Positions 52,419-64,000 of a stretch of DNA of 64,000 bases are shown piece by piece. Origin of the DNA: Octopus bimaculoides (lineage: Eukaryota); NCBI RefSeq assembly GCF_001194135.2, contig NC_068990.1:32433681-32497680 (forward strand). The letters are read 5' to 3'. Position 1 is the first letter of the stretch, and every line of letters begins with the position of its first letter. A program made the translations under genes and the position numbers. Under the pieces are notes generated by a model. The model was not told the origin of the DNA and did not search any database. It saw nothing but the letters and a program-made list of their open reading frames with translations.

Positions 52419-53376
52419 TATATATATGTTGGCTGTCTGCTTCTTGCAGATCATGGCGTTTTCTTGTACCCACAATTGATCTTTCCAAGCATGAAATCTT
52501 GAATGGCTTTTGAGTATTGAAAGGCATTTGAAGTGCTGATCACAGAAAACAGCACAGAAAACTTCATACAAATTCCATTAGATTAATTTACCAAATTTAT
52601 TATCATAATTATGGATGTATTCAAACACTTCTGTATTCTCATAATTTTTAGCTTCACTTAAAAGTGGTTGTTCTGTTGAAACACAGAACACTGCAGTAGT
52701 TACCATGAAAGAAACTCTCATATTGGTTTTCAATGTGTAAACACCTTCTTCTTTATATTGCTAGTGGGAAGATAAATCATCTGCCACCAGCAGCACTGAG
52801 AGCACCAGATCACATGATTTTGCCCTGCTGTGGCCTTGTCAATGGTGAATGCTCGGATGCTGGTGTATCCATGGAAAGCCAAAATCACATGATCTTGTGG
52901 TCTCAGCGGTGGTGATGGTGGGTGATTTATCTCCCCACAAGCAATATAAGCATGAATATATTTACACACTGAAAGCCAATATGAGAATTTCTTTTATGGT
53001 AACTGCTGCAGTATTCCGTGTTTTAACAGAATATATACTTTTCAGTGGGGCTAAATATTTCCTTTTGGTATTAAATACTGCTTCTGTCATACATTTAGAA
53101 ATGCCGTTGGCATTTACCACCTTTTTTCCATACCCATACACACAATGTACATATACCTATGTATGTATTTACATTCACAATATTTAAAGGTGCAGTTAAG
53201 AGGTTTGCTTACCAACTTCATAGTTTTGGGGTTCAGTCCCACCATATGGCACTTTATACAATTGCCACCTACTTTCACCCTGGGTTGACTAAACCATTAT
53301 GAGTAAATTTGGTAGATGGAAACTGAGAGAAGTCAGTTGTGTGGGTGTGTGTATATATATAAGTGTGTGTGAGTGA

Positions 53377-53461
<85 letters not shown>

Positions 53462-54149
53462 TAAATATATGTGTGTGTGAGAGTATGTGTATATTTGTGT
53501 CTCGAGACATCGTGCATCATGTGATTGTTGGAAATGAATGTAATTCAATGTCATATTCTGCAAAAATATATTATTACCTTGAAGTATTACCTTGCTTCGA
53601 AACAGGTAATGATTGGTGACAGGAAGGGCATCCAGCCATCGAAAATCTGCCTTGATAAACAATGCCCAACCCATGCAAGCTTGGAAAGATTATGTATGAA
53701 TATATTTATATATGTCTATGTGTGTGTGTGTGTGTGTGTGTATGTGCAGACATGGTTGTGTCTTTAGAAAGTTTAGTTCCAACTATGTAGTGGCAGGATC
53801 AGTTCCAGTGTGCACCATCTTGGCCAAGTATCTTCAACATATAGTCTCAGGTCGACCAAAAATTTCTCTCTCCATCATTATCCATCTGCCAATCTCCTTC
53901 CACACTCTTGCAAACTTACTTCCCTACCCACTTACATTATCCAATCTGTACCAAGTCCCTTATATTCACCTTGACGGCTCATTCTGATACGTCTTTGCCA
54001 TCATCTCTCTTTTCTAATTGGAATAACCATGTTTCTCACAGCATGACACCTATTCCTGCCTCTTTATTGTACTTTACATTTCATCACCTGGCACAAAGCC
54101 ACCTCCTTCAATATTGCACCTCCTCGTTTGATGGGGGCTTGCATGTAGC

Positions 54150-54335
54150 TAGACCACTTCACTAGTGCTGGTGCCAAGTAAAATGTCCCCACTGTACTCT
54201 GTAAAATGGTTGGCATTAGGAAGGGTATCCAACCATAGAGATCATGCCAAAGCTGACACTGGAGCTTGGTGCAGTACTCTGGCTCGCCAGCTCCTGTTGA
54301 ACCAGCTACTCTATGGAAAACAGATGTTAAATGAG
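54150..54335 (+). mobile_element. Old RTE 3' UTR copy (another at 53610-53690)
   Basis: TGGTTGGCATTAGGAAGGG...CAGATGTTAAATGAGGAT. Confidence 0.65.
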
Positions 54336-56475
54336 GATAATATACACCTGTACATTATGTCTATTCATACATTTTCCTCCGTCGTTTGTAAACAAAGTAC
54401 ATTGTTATTTAAACATAGGATATTTATTTTATAACATGAGTTATCTATTCAGTACTAATTATTTTAGCACCTAATGTTGTGTGTATTTGTATATACATAT
54501 ATACTAATAAATACACATGTGCCCGCACACTCACACATGTGTACGCATGCACACACACACACACACAGTTGGTTATTTATTAGTATTAAAATATTCTCTT
54601 TCATGTAGACAGTGTTTGAGATGAAATGGTAGAGTAGAGTGAAGTCAAACTCATTCCCAGAGATCTCATACTCAGAAAAATCAATCATGTGAGAGAAAAA
54701 CATCTCAATAAAAATGAAAGAGGTTAAAAATGAAAGAAAAAGTGACTGTAACATTTGATTGGTTACTGAATTGTTAATGAGGTGCCCTGCCACTTCTTGT
54801 TGAAATACTATATGTTTTATAACAAATTAGATTTGATATTAACAATGTTGCCATTTACAAACTCTTTGAATTTTGTATGGGTTTTTATCTTTCCATTTTT
54901 TATTTATATTTGCTAAAAATTGATGATGGTAATGGGTGGGTGNNNNNNNNNNNNNNNNNNNNNNNNNNNNNNNNNNNNNNNNNNNNNNNNNNNNNNNNNN
55001 NNNNNNNNNNNNNNNNNNNNNNNNNNNNNNNNNNNNNNNNNNNNNNNNNNNNNNNNNNNNNNNNNNNNTTAAGACGGTGAGCTATCCCTCTTGCAGCTCC
55101 CTAGATTCACAAAGGATTTGTAATTTAAAAGCCCTGTCAATATCAGCTCTAATTAATACTGATTCTTGATACCATTGAGTCATAGATGTCTAAGTTGATA
55201 ATATTGGTTTAACAGATAAAAATGTTTAATTCATATTTCATTACTGACACTTCTCTGGGTCCATAACTAAAAAAAAAAAGGAAAAAAAAAAGAAGAAAAA
55301 AATAGAAATATTTCTTACACTCAAAGAATAGTTTTTAAGGGCCCGAGATTAATAGTAGTTTGTGTTTAGTGTATCATGAGATAAATCTGACTTTGGATAC
55401 GATCTTAAGTATGAGAAAGTGTGCTATCTATTGTTAACAACCAGGTGAACAGTAGTATGTTGAATTAAGTATATTTCCCAACTAGCCCAACAGTCATTTA
55501 CTATCGTGTTTGCAACATGCTCCACATCTTTGATCCTGTTTTAAGTTACCATGATGTTGTGAACATACTGGAACATCTTGGTCATTAGCTTTCAGGACAT
55601 TGTTTCATTAGAAAATGCCATACTTTCCAAAGTTAACACCATTCCTGATATCCCTATGCACCCTTTCTTCATTACAGTTCTTTTGCTGTTCACCTCCTTG
55701 TCTTCATGTGTTTTATTCTGTGCACTATGTATGAACTTTTGGCTGTCATTGTCTGTTTTTTACTTGGCTTATTTTTGCTTTCTGTCCATTCTTTTACTCT
55801 TTGCGAATGAGTTGTAGTGCACCTGAACACTATACAATAAGCTCATTATTATTATTCTCATATTAGGAATCTTTACTGCCACAATTTAGTATTCCAGACC
55901 TCACAACTATAAACCTGACTCACACAAAAACATAAAGAACCCTTAAAAAACTAAGAAACTTAGAGGGATTTTTAACAGATTATTTAGAGATATTACTTTG
56001 CAGTATCCCAAAGTAATCATCTGCAAAGGTTTATAACCTTTGCAGAATAGCCTTTACTAACTCAGATAGCAATATACAAAAACAATAAAACATAACTCTA
56101 TACGTCTCAAACTACTTTATATACAACACATATATTACAAAACATTCACCACTGACAGTGTTGCTCCAGCATGGTTTTAGTTGTGATGCTAAACATCCAT
56201 GAAAGAACCAAAGGCTCAATACATCATATTCACCATATTTTCTCTTATGGTGAAATAAATCAGAATTTATTGCAAATTAACAGGTTTTCTAATAAATAAT
56301 AAAAAGTAATACATCCTGTTAAATTTGTGTTTCCTAACAGGTTATTTTTATTTTTAAAATTGCTTTCATTATTACACCATCATTATCATCATCATCATTA
56401 TTATCATTATTATAGCTACCATTAGCATTTTCTATATTTCACCGTTATCATCATTATTATCATAACTATCGTTAA

Positions 56476-57365
56476 GGTGAGAGCTGGCAGAATCATTAGC
56501 ACACCGGGCGAAATGCTTCGCGGTATTTCGTCTGTCTTTACGTTTTGAGTTCAAATTCCGCTGAGGTTGACTTTACTTTTCATCCTTTCGGGGTCGATAA
56601 ATTAAGTACCAGTTACGCACAAGGGTCAATGTAATCGACTTAATCCCTTTGTCTGTCCTTGTTTGTCCCCTCTATGTTTAGCCCCTTGTGGGAAATAAAG
56701 AAATAAGAATCGTTAGCATGCCAGGCAAAATGCTTAGCAGCATTTTGTATGTCCTTACATTCTGAGTTCAAATTCTGCTGGGGTTGACTTTGCATTTCAT
56801 CATTTCAGGGTTGATAAATTAAGTACCAGTTAAATACTGGGGTCAATGTAATCAGCTTATCCCCTTCTCTAACATTTCAGGCCTTGTGCCTTTAGTAGAA
56901 AGGGATAGTATTATAACTATCATTGAAGGTGGTGAGCTGGCAGAATCTTTAGCACGCCAGGCAAAATGCTTAGTGATATTTCATCTGATGCTACGTTCTG
57001 AGTTCAAATTCTGCCAAGCTTGACTTTGCCTTTCATCCTTTCGGGGTTGATTAAATAAGGGGGTGATTAAATATGGGGTCGATATAATCAACTTAATCCC
57101 TTCCCTTAAATTTGAGGCTTTGTGCTTCCAGTAGAAAGGATTATTATTATTATTATTATAAAGCAATGAGTTTGAAGAATTGTAATAGCACCGGACAAAA
57201 TGCTTAGCAGCATTTCTTCCAACTTCATGTTCTGAGTTCAAATTCTGCCAGGGTTGACATTGCTGTTCATCTTTTTGGGGTCGATAAAATAAGTACCAGT
57301 TAAGTATTAGGAATGATGTAATCGACTTCTTCCTGCAAACCTGCTGGCCTTGTGTCAAAATTTGA
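56476..57365 (+). mobile_element. Tandem cluster of four SINE family B copies
   Basis: Four GAGTTCAAATTC and GGGGT(C/T)GAT cores in series. Confidence 0.9.
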
Positions 57366-57837
57366 AACCGTTATTATAACTATCATCAATGCCATTATCA
57401 ACATCTCTACCAATATCTTCATTAACATGAGAACCTCTTGGAAATAGCAGCCAAAATCACTCCTACCATCTTTAAAAAAGAAAAAAAAGAAAAACATTTA
57501 ATACAGACCTAGAAAAAAAATGTGATAGTCACAGCTGGTACATCATTGATCTTGATATAATGATTAGTACTGCTGCAATTAAACAATATCTAATCATTAG
57601 CATATTACTATACTGTTTAACCAACCCCATACAAACTGTTAACTGCCTCTCAAACCACCACCATCACCACCGCCGCCACCACCACAACCCCACCCCCCAC
57701 CCGCCATCACAACCCCCCACCCAACCAACCACTACCAGCACTACCGCCTTATATTAGTAACCAAAACTAAGATTTATTAATTCAGAAAAAAAATATTCAA
57801 ATATTGTATTATTAATAATGATTTCTTGTATTGTTAA

Positions 57838-57839
57838 TG

Positions 57840-57915
<76 letters not shown>

Positions 57916-57930
57916 GCACCACCACCACCA
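57838..57930. repeat. (ACT)n grading into (ACC)n
   Basis: Simple repeat. Confidence 0.95.
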
Positions 57931-58367
57931 CAAACAACATTAATAAAAATAAAAGTAAAACAGTACTTAGCAAACGTCAACATTTATAACATTTTCTATA
58001 AGAACATAGAATTCTCATTTTAATTCTCCAATACTTGCCCCCCCCCCGATATTTACCAGCTCACACCCCCAGCTCCATCCACTACCACCACCTTCCACCT
58101 CCAAACAACTTGAATTAAGCTGATAAGAAGCTATCTAAATGTGGAGAGATTTTTACAAAATATATATTCATAGCCTTGCACACACACACACACTGACATT
58201 CACACAATTCACACACACACACACACACATACACAGTGTGTATACCTGTATATATTAATGTAATGTTAACCACATACAAATTAGACAAGCTACATTTGTT
58301 GAGTATGCATATATATATATATATAATGTGTGTGTGTGTGTGTGTGTGTGTATGCGTGACTTTGCAC

Positions 58368-58408
<41 letters not shown>

Positions 58409-58472
58409 TGTCTGTGTGTGTATGTATGTATGTGTGTACATATATGTTTGAAGATATATATATCTGTGTGTA

Positions 58473-58503
<31 letters not shown>

Positions 58504-58904
58504 ATGTATATATTGATGTATGTATATGTTCTGAATTTGTGCTGAGGAGATAATGCAGTAGAAGTTGGTTGATGTAATATGACCTTATCACATGTATCTG
58601 CATATATACAAAATAATATATATATATATATATATATGTATGCGTATGTATGTAATGTAATATGTGTATGTGTGTATGTATACATATGTATATTGTGTGT
58701 ATGTATATTATGAAATCTCATCATAAATGATTATTGACTATCCCTTAGGGAATGAGATACATATTAATAACCTTATTTGCATACTGCATCTTTATAAGGG
58801 GGAGGGGAGGAGAAAGTTGTTGAATATCTGAACTTGATGGTGTCGGCGGTGGGGATAATGTTTATAGCAGTACTGAAGTTGATGATATTGGGCTGTAGTG
58901 ATGG

Positions 58905-58966
<62 letters not shown>

Positions 58967-59254
58967 AGGTGGGTAGACCAAGTGGTTGTGATGGTAGTAG
59001 CAATGATAAGGTGGTGGTGTTGATGATGGTTATGCTGAGGATAGCATCATTGCTGATGCTGTCAGGGCCTTTCCTATAGCCTTTAAAATGTAAGATAACA
59101 TATGTATCAACTACTGAGTATTTTGAAGGTAACCAACGAACCTGATTTTGACTCAGACCATCAGAGGAGCTTCTATGCAAGTCATTTGACTGGCTAGAAA
59201 AAGTAACCAAATCTTTCTCAAATCACATGCCCACCATTTTAAAGGGAAAGGACA

Positions 59255-59397
59255 CAGTTGTGGCTGTGTGGTTGGAAGCTTGCTTCCCAACCATACGGTT
59301 CCACATGGTACCTTGGGCAAGTGTCTTCTGCTATAGCTTTGGGCCGACCAAAACCTTGTGAGTGGATTTAGTAGACGGAGACTGAAAGAAGCTTGTC

Positions 59398-59445
<48 letters not shown>

Positions 59446-59697
59446 ATATGTATATATCTATGTGTCTTTGTGTCTGTTTGTCACTCACCACCACTTGACA
59501 ACTGGTGTTGGTGTGTTTACATCTCCGTAACTTAGTAGTTCAGCAAAAGACACTGATAGAATAAGTACAAGGTTTAAAACTATAAGCCCTTGGGTAGATT
59601 TGTTTGACTAAAACCATTCAGGGTGGTGCTCCAGCATGGCCACTGTCAAATGATTGAAGCAAATATAAGATAAAAGATTAGATAATGAAGTTATAGA
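59255..59697 (+). mobile_element. SINE family A
   Basis: Head, internal (TA)n and tail present. Confidence 0.85.
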
Positions 59698-59799
59698 TGC
59701 ACAAAGACATGAGATGGTTATAGTTGGAAAGCCTTTGATTATTGATCTGCTGAGTTGGGGCTAACCTCGAGCTATGCAACAACTTTGACTCTGTTGATG

Positions 59800-60120
59800 T
59801 GTGTGAAATTGTGTGAAGTTGGTGGAAGTATGGTGGTGACTCTACTAGATGAGTGGAGGAATTGACTGGCAGAAGAAAAAAAAAATGCTGTGTAAACCTC
59901 CTCAAGGAATGTGAAGACGCAGGCTGGAAAGAGGAGCGTTTTCCAATCAAAGTCAAATGTAGAGGATTTGTTGGACACAGTGTGAGTGACTGTTGTTATC
60001 GTTGGGCTTAACTCATTGTAAAGTAAATACCACCATGACCGATATCCAAACTACAGTGGAAAAGGCTAGCCATTGGATTTGGTTAAAAAGTGACAATGTG
60101 CAATGGCTAGAAGAATATTG
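59800..60120 (+). mobile_element. HERO-like RLE non-LTR retrotransposon C-terminus, decayed
   Basis: NLLKECEDAGWK..FPIKVKCRGFVGHSV and VEKASHWIWLK (EVGCRGF / AS.W.W motifs). Confidence 0.7.
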
Positions 60121-61099
60121 AGCTTTAATTGATAACCAGTTGATCTAGCAAGTGGCCTCGTATCAATGAAGGGGTGCTGGTGTGCATTAATGTCGTCAAG
60201 TGGTAGGCCCTGAAATGGCACACATTCTCTCCTGATGACCCCATACACTTGCTGGCTTCCAGTATGCAGAGCTTTCGATTGGTAGCACTTGCATGTGCAA
60301 GTTGTTTGCAAAACATCTAAGGAAAAAGAGAGAGAAAAAGAGGTAAACAAATGGCTTGTTTGAAATAGAGGAAATCAGTAAGGAGAGAAAACAAGGGAGA
60401 AAAATTGCGGAAGACAGAGTATAAGAAAGAAGTGCGGAAAGAGAAAGAAATGAAGAATCACAACTAACAGACATAGAAATTATATAAATTAAGACAACAT
60501 CGCAAATAAATGAAAGACAAAATTCTTACTATAACCTATTAGATTTCTTACTCGTATTTCTCTCTCTCCTAATTTGACTTATAATCTTTCTACTAACCAC
60601 TAGCAGTCCTCAATCAACTATCTCCTTTCTTGGCAACTTCTAATCTGTATGCCTTTAGCTTGCTGCCAATTTAATTACTATGAGATTTGTTGGATAGGTA
60701 ATTAGTATAACTCGTTAAGTGTTAATTGGTGAGGCATAAATTCATAACTCATCTTTCATTGTCAAGGTTCTGAAACATTAGTATTTGCTATTTTTTCTTT
60801 TTAAGATGTTTACAATTTTTATTCCTTATGTAACATTCTGTTTTAAATTAAATTACTACCAAGTCTGTAGTACAGCTATCAAAACATGGATTTTAGCATG
60901 TCCAACTCTGAGATTGCCAGTACAAACAGTATTGATGTTTGTCGCTGAAAACAATATTCATAACAATCAATTTGCTGCTGTACAGTTTTGTAATATCATC
61001 TGATGTTATTTCAGTTCCTCAGCAGTTTTGCTCCTTTTTGTGGTAGTAATAATTATATAATGATAAAACATGGTTCAATATCAGAGCTGGTATAGTGGT

Positions 61100-63080
61100 G
61101 CTTTCTCATTGCATGGCACCTTGAGCAAGTATCTTTTACAATAGCCCTGGGGAAACTGAAAGAAGCCTGCCACATCTATATATATCTTTCTTTCATCTTT
61201 GGAGTGCAGCCATGCTGGGGCACCACCTCGAAGGGTTTGGTTAAAGGAATCAACCCCAGTGCTTATTTTTTTAAAGCTTGGTACTTGTTCTATTGGCCCC
61301 CTTTGCCAAACTGCTAAGTAATGGGGATGTAAACATACCAATACTGGTTATCAAGTGGTTCTGTAGGTGAATCCACAAAAAAAAAACAAAAGACAAAGAC
61401 AGGTGTATACACACACACACACACACACACACAAACGCACACACACGCACACACACACATTAATATATATATCAGGCTTAATCATATAAGTAGTTGAAAA
61501 ATAAGTATTAGGATCAATCTGTTTGACTAAACTCTTCAAGGAGGTGCCACAGCATGGCCACAGTCAAATGATCGAAACAAGTAAAAAAAAGAGGTAAAAG
61601 ACATTGTGACAGAGTTGAAACTTGAATTATTTAAAATGAAAGCTTAGCAATACAAAGAAAATGTTGGAGTTCATTTTATGTCTTTTACTGAAAACCAAAC
61701 TTGACTAATCTGAGGAAACAACAATATTTGTAGAGATAAATGATTAGTGAAGTCTATTCATCATTGATGTTGCCTTTCATATTTCTTTTGAAGATTGATG
61801 AAATAGGTACTAGTCATGTACTGGGGTTAATTAAGTTGAACATCTGTGGTAAAGAGTTTGCCAGGTGCAAGCGCAGGTGTGTAGTAAGAAGTCTGTTTCC
61901 CAAGCACATGCCTCTGGATTTTATCTCATTGTGTGGTACCTTGGTCAAATCTCTTCTGCTATAGTCCCAGGCATACCAAAGCCACGTGTATGAATTTGGT
62001 GGATGGAAACTGAACAAAGCACATAAGCCTCAGGCCAACCAAAGCCTTGTAAGTGGATTTGGTAGATGGAAACATATATATATAAATATATATATGTATG
62101 GGTGGTTGACCCCCTTTGGTGATGAATGACCATGGGATTGCACCTAGAAAGTTACCCTCTGAGGCACAATTCCATGCAAGGTTGTTTTATGCAAGACCAG
62201 CAGTCACCCATGCATACCAGCCTCCCGTCTCCATGCCACTGATGTTATCCAAGGGAAAGGCAAAGGCCAATCAATACAGCTTGGCACCAATGACATCGCA
62301 TCTCATTTATACAGCTGAGTGAATTGGAGCAACATGAAATAAAGTGTCTTGCTCAAGAACACAACATGCAGCCTGGTCCAGGAATCAAACTCACAACCTC
62401 ATGTTCGTAAGCTCGACGCTCTAACCACTGAGCCATGTGCTTTCATATATATGTATATGTATAAATATGTATATATATAAATATATATATATGTAAATAT
62501 ATGTATATATTTATGTGTGTGTGTGTGTGTGTGTGTTTGTGTCTATGTTTGTCCCCCCATCGTCGCTTGACAACCGATGTTGGTGTGTTTACATCCCCAC
62601 AACTTAGCAGTTTGGCAAAAGACACCAATAGAATAAGCACTAGGCTTACAAAGAATAAGTCCTGGGGTTGATTTCTTCAACCAAAACACCCTCTAAGGTG
62701 GTGCTCCAGCATGGCTGCAGTCAAATGAGTGAAACAAGTAAAAAAATAAAAGAATATATATACCAAGGGTTCTATTTTAAACTGGTGATGCCCCAGCATG
62801 GCCACAGCCTTAAGGCTGAAACACATAACAGAATGTATATATATATATCTACATGTGTGGGTCTTTGTATCTGTACCCCCTCCTCCCACCACCACTGCTT
62901 GACAATCAGTGTTTGTTGGTTTACATCCTTGAAAGTTAGCAGCTCAGCAAAAGAGACCGGTAGAATAAATAGCAATCTTTAGAAAGTAAATACCAGGGGG
63001 TGGGGGTGGGAGTTGATTCATTTGACTATGACTTGTCAAGACAGTGCCCCGGCATGGCCACAATCCAAAGACAGAAACTA
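61100..63080. mobile_element. Dense cluster of SINE A fragments on both strands, with a SINE C-related element at 62105-62445 (minus)
   Basis: Repeated SINE A heads and tails; minus-strand head GCACATGGCTCAGTGGTTAGAGCG. Confidence 0.8.
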
Positions 63081-64000
63081 GTTGAAGAAAATATTTTCCA
63101 GTCCTTATTCTAACACGAGAAATGAATATGTTGTCACAGCTTGCCAGTATCACATTGTTTCAGTTCCTAGGCAGTTTGCTGGTGACCTTTTCAACCAAGT
63201 GCATACCGTTTTGCTCCCCAATCTTCCCTCCTTCTTCATCCTTCCCACCCTCCTCTATATGCCCCCATCTTCCCTTCCTCCTTTCTTCTCTCCCTCTTCC
63301 CTCTCTTCCCTCCTCCTCCCACCCTGTTTTTCTCTTCCACTTCAACTGATTTTTACTTAATTCGTTAATTATCTATTTGGTAATGTCCATCTGGTTGATT
63401 AGTTTGTTTTTAAGAGAAAATAAATCCCCCAAACACCAGAAATATCTTTATTTCATCTTTCATTTCAACTAGTCTGGCTTTTTTCTTAATGACTCACTAA
63501 TTAAAAACACAATATTTAGCTATTTGTCTCTTTCTCCTTTGTTGCTTGCTCACTTTAATGTCTACAGTGTGCATCACCTTATTTGAGTCAAGTGTTTTGG
63601 CTATAAAGAAATATGAAAGAGTTTTATTAATATTACTATAAACTTCAGTATTATAATTATGGAAATCAATCTTCTGTAGGTAACATTTCTAGATGGGAGT
63701 AGTTTCTGTTAATTATAAGACCTGAGGTAATGTAGAATAAAGTGTTCTGCTGAGGAAAACAATGAAATGCCTTTGAAAGATTTGAACTTGTGAGTTGCTA
63801 GACACCTCATCCACTTGATCATATAATTTTTCTTTAGTTTGCTTTAATTATCACTGCCAAGGCCATGCTGAAGAAACCCCTTTAGTATAATCATGTGCGA
63901 ATTCTGAATGAATTATGAGACAGTGGTGAAATAAAACATTTCTAAAATAACACCTTTAGTACTCGAAATGGGTTTCTTATTATCATTACTATTAAGGCAA

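Noticed and set aside
60205-60245. GAAA...CTGATGA type II hammerhead in the HERO 3' UTR
   Set aside because: Helix I is absent and helix II does not pair

Overview
AT-rich, microsatellite-dense eukaryotic genomic scaffold with 12 N-gaps (~3.9 kb). The SINE repertoire resembles what I recall from octopus, but the taxon is an inference. No intact protein-coding gene can be confidently called: nearly all listed ORFs are microsatellite translations, gap-spanning artefacts or decayed transposons. The window is a dense TE graveyard: several tRNA-derived SINE families, many RTE LINE 3' ends with (GAT)n tails, RTE endonuclease/RT remnants, R4/Dong-like and HERO-like RLE retrotransposon fragments, a CR1/L2-like endonuclease, a Penelope-like GIY-YIG remnant, Tc1, mariner, hAT and Helitron remnants, and piggyBac- and hAT-type MITEs. 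The most interesting signals are (1) minimal hammerhead-ribozyme-like motifs, the best at 16283-16322, (2) a Tc1/RTE chimeric junction that sits on a 7-bp inverted repeat and recurs inverted 4.2 kb away, (3) loopless long palindromes at ~40.0 kb and ~46.3 kb, (4) stem-loop modules repeated in the RTE 3' UTR, and (5) satellites born from SINE/LINE parts. One possible host exon (46977-47034) is flagged at low confidence. All alignments and translations were done by eye.
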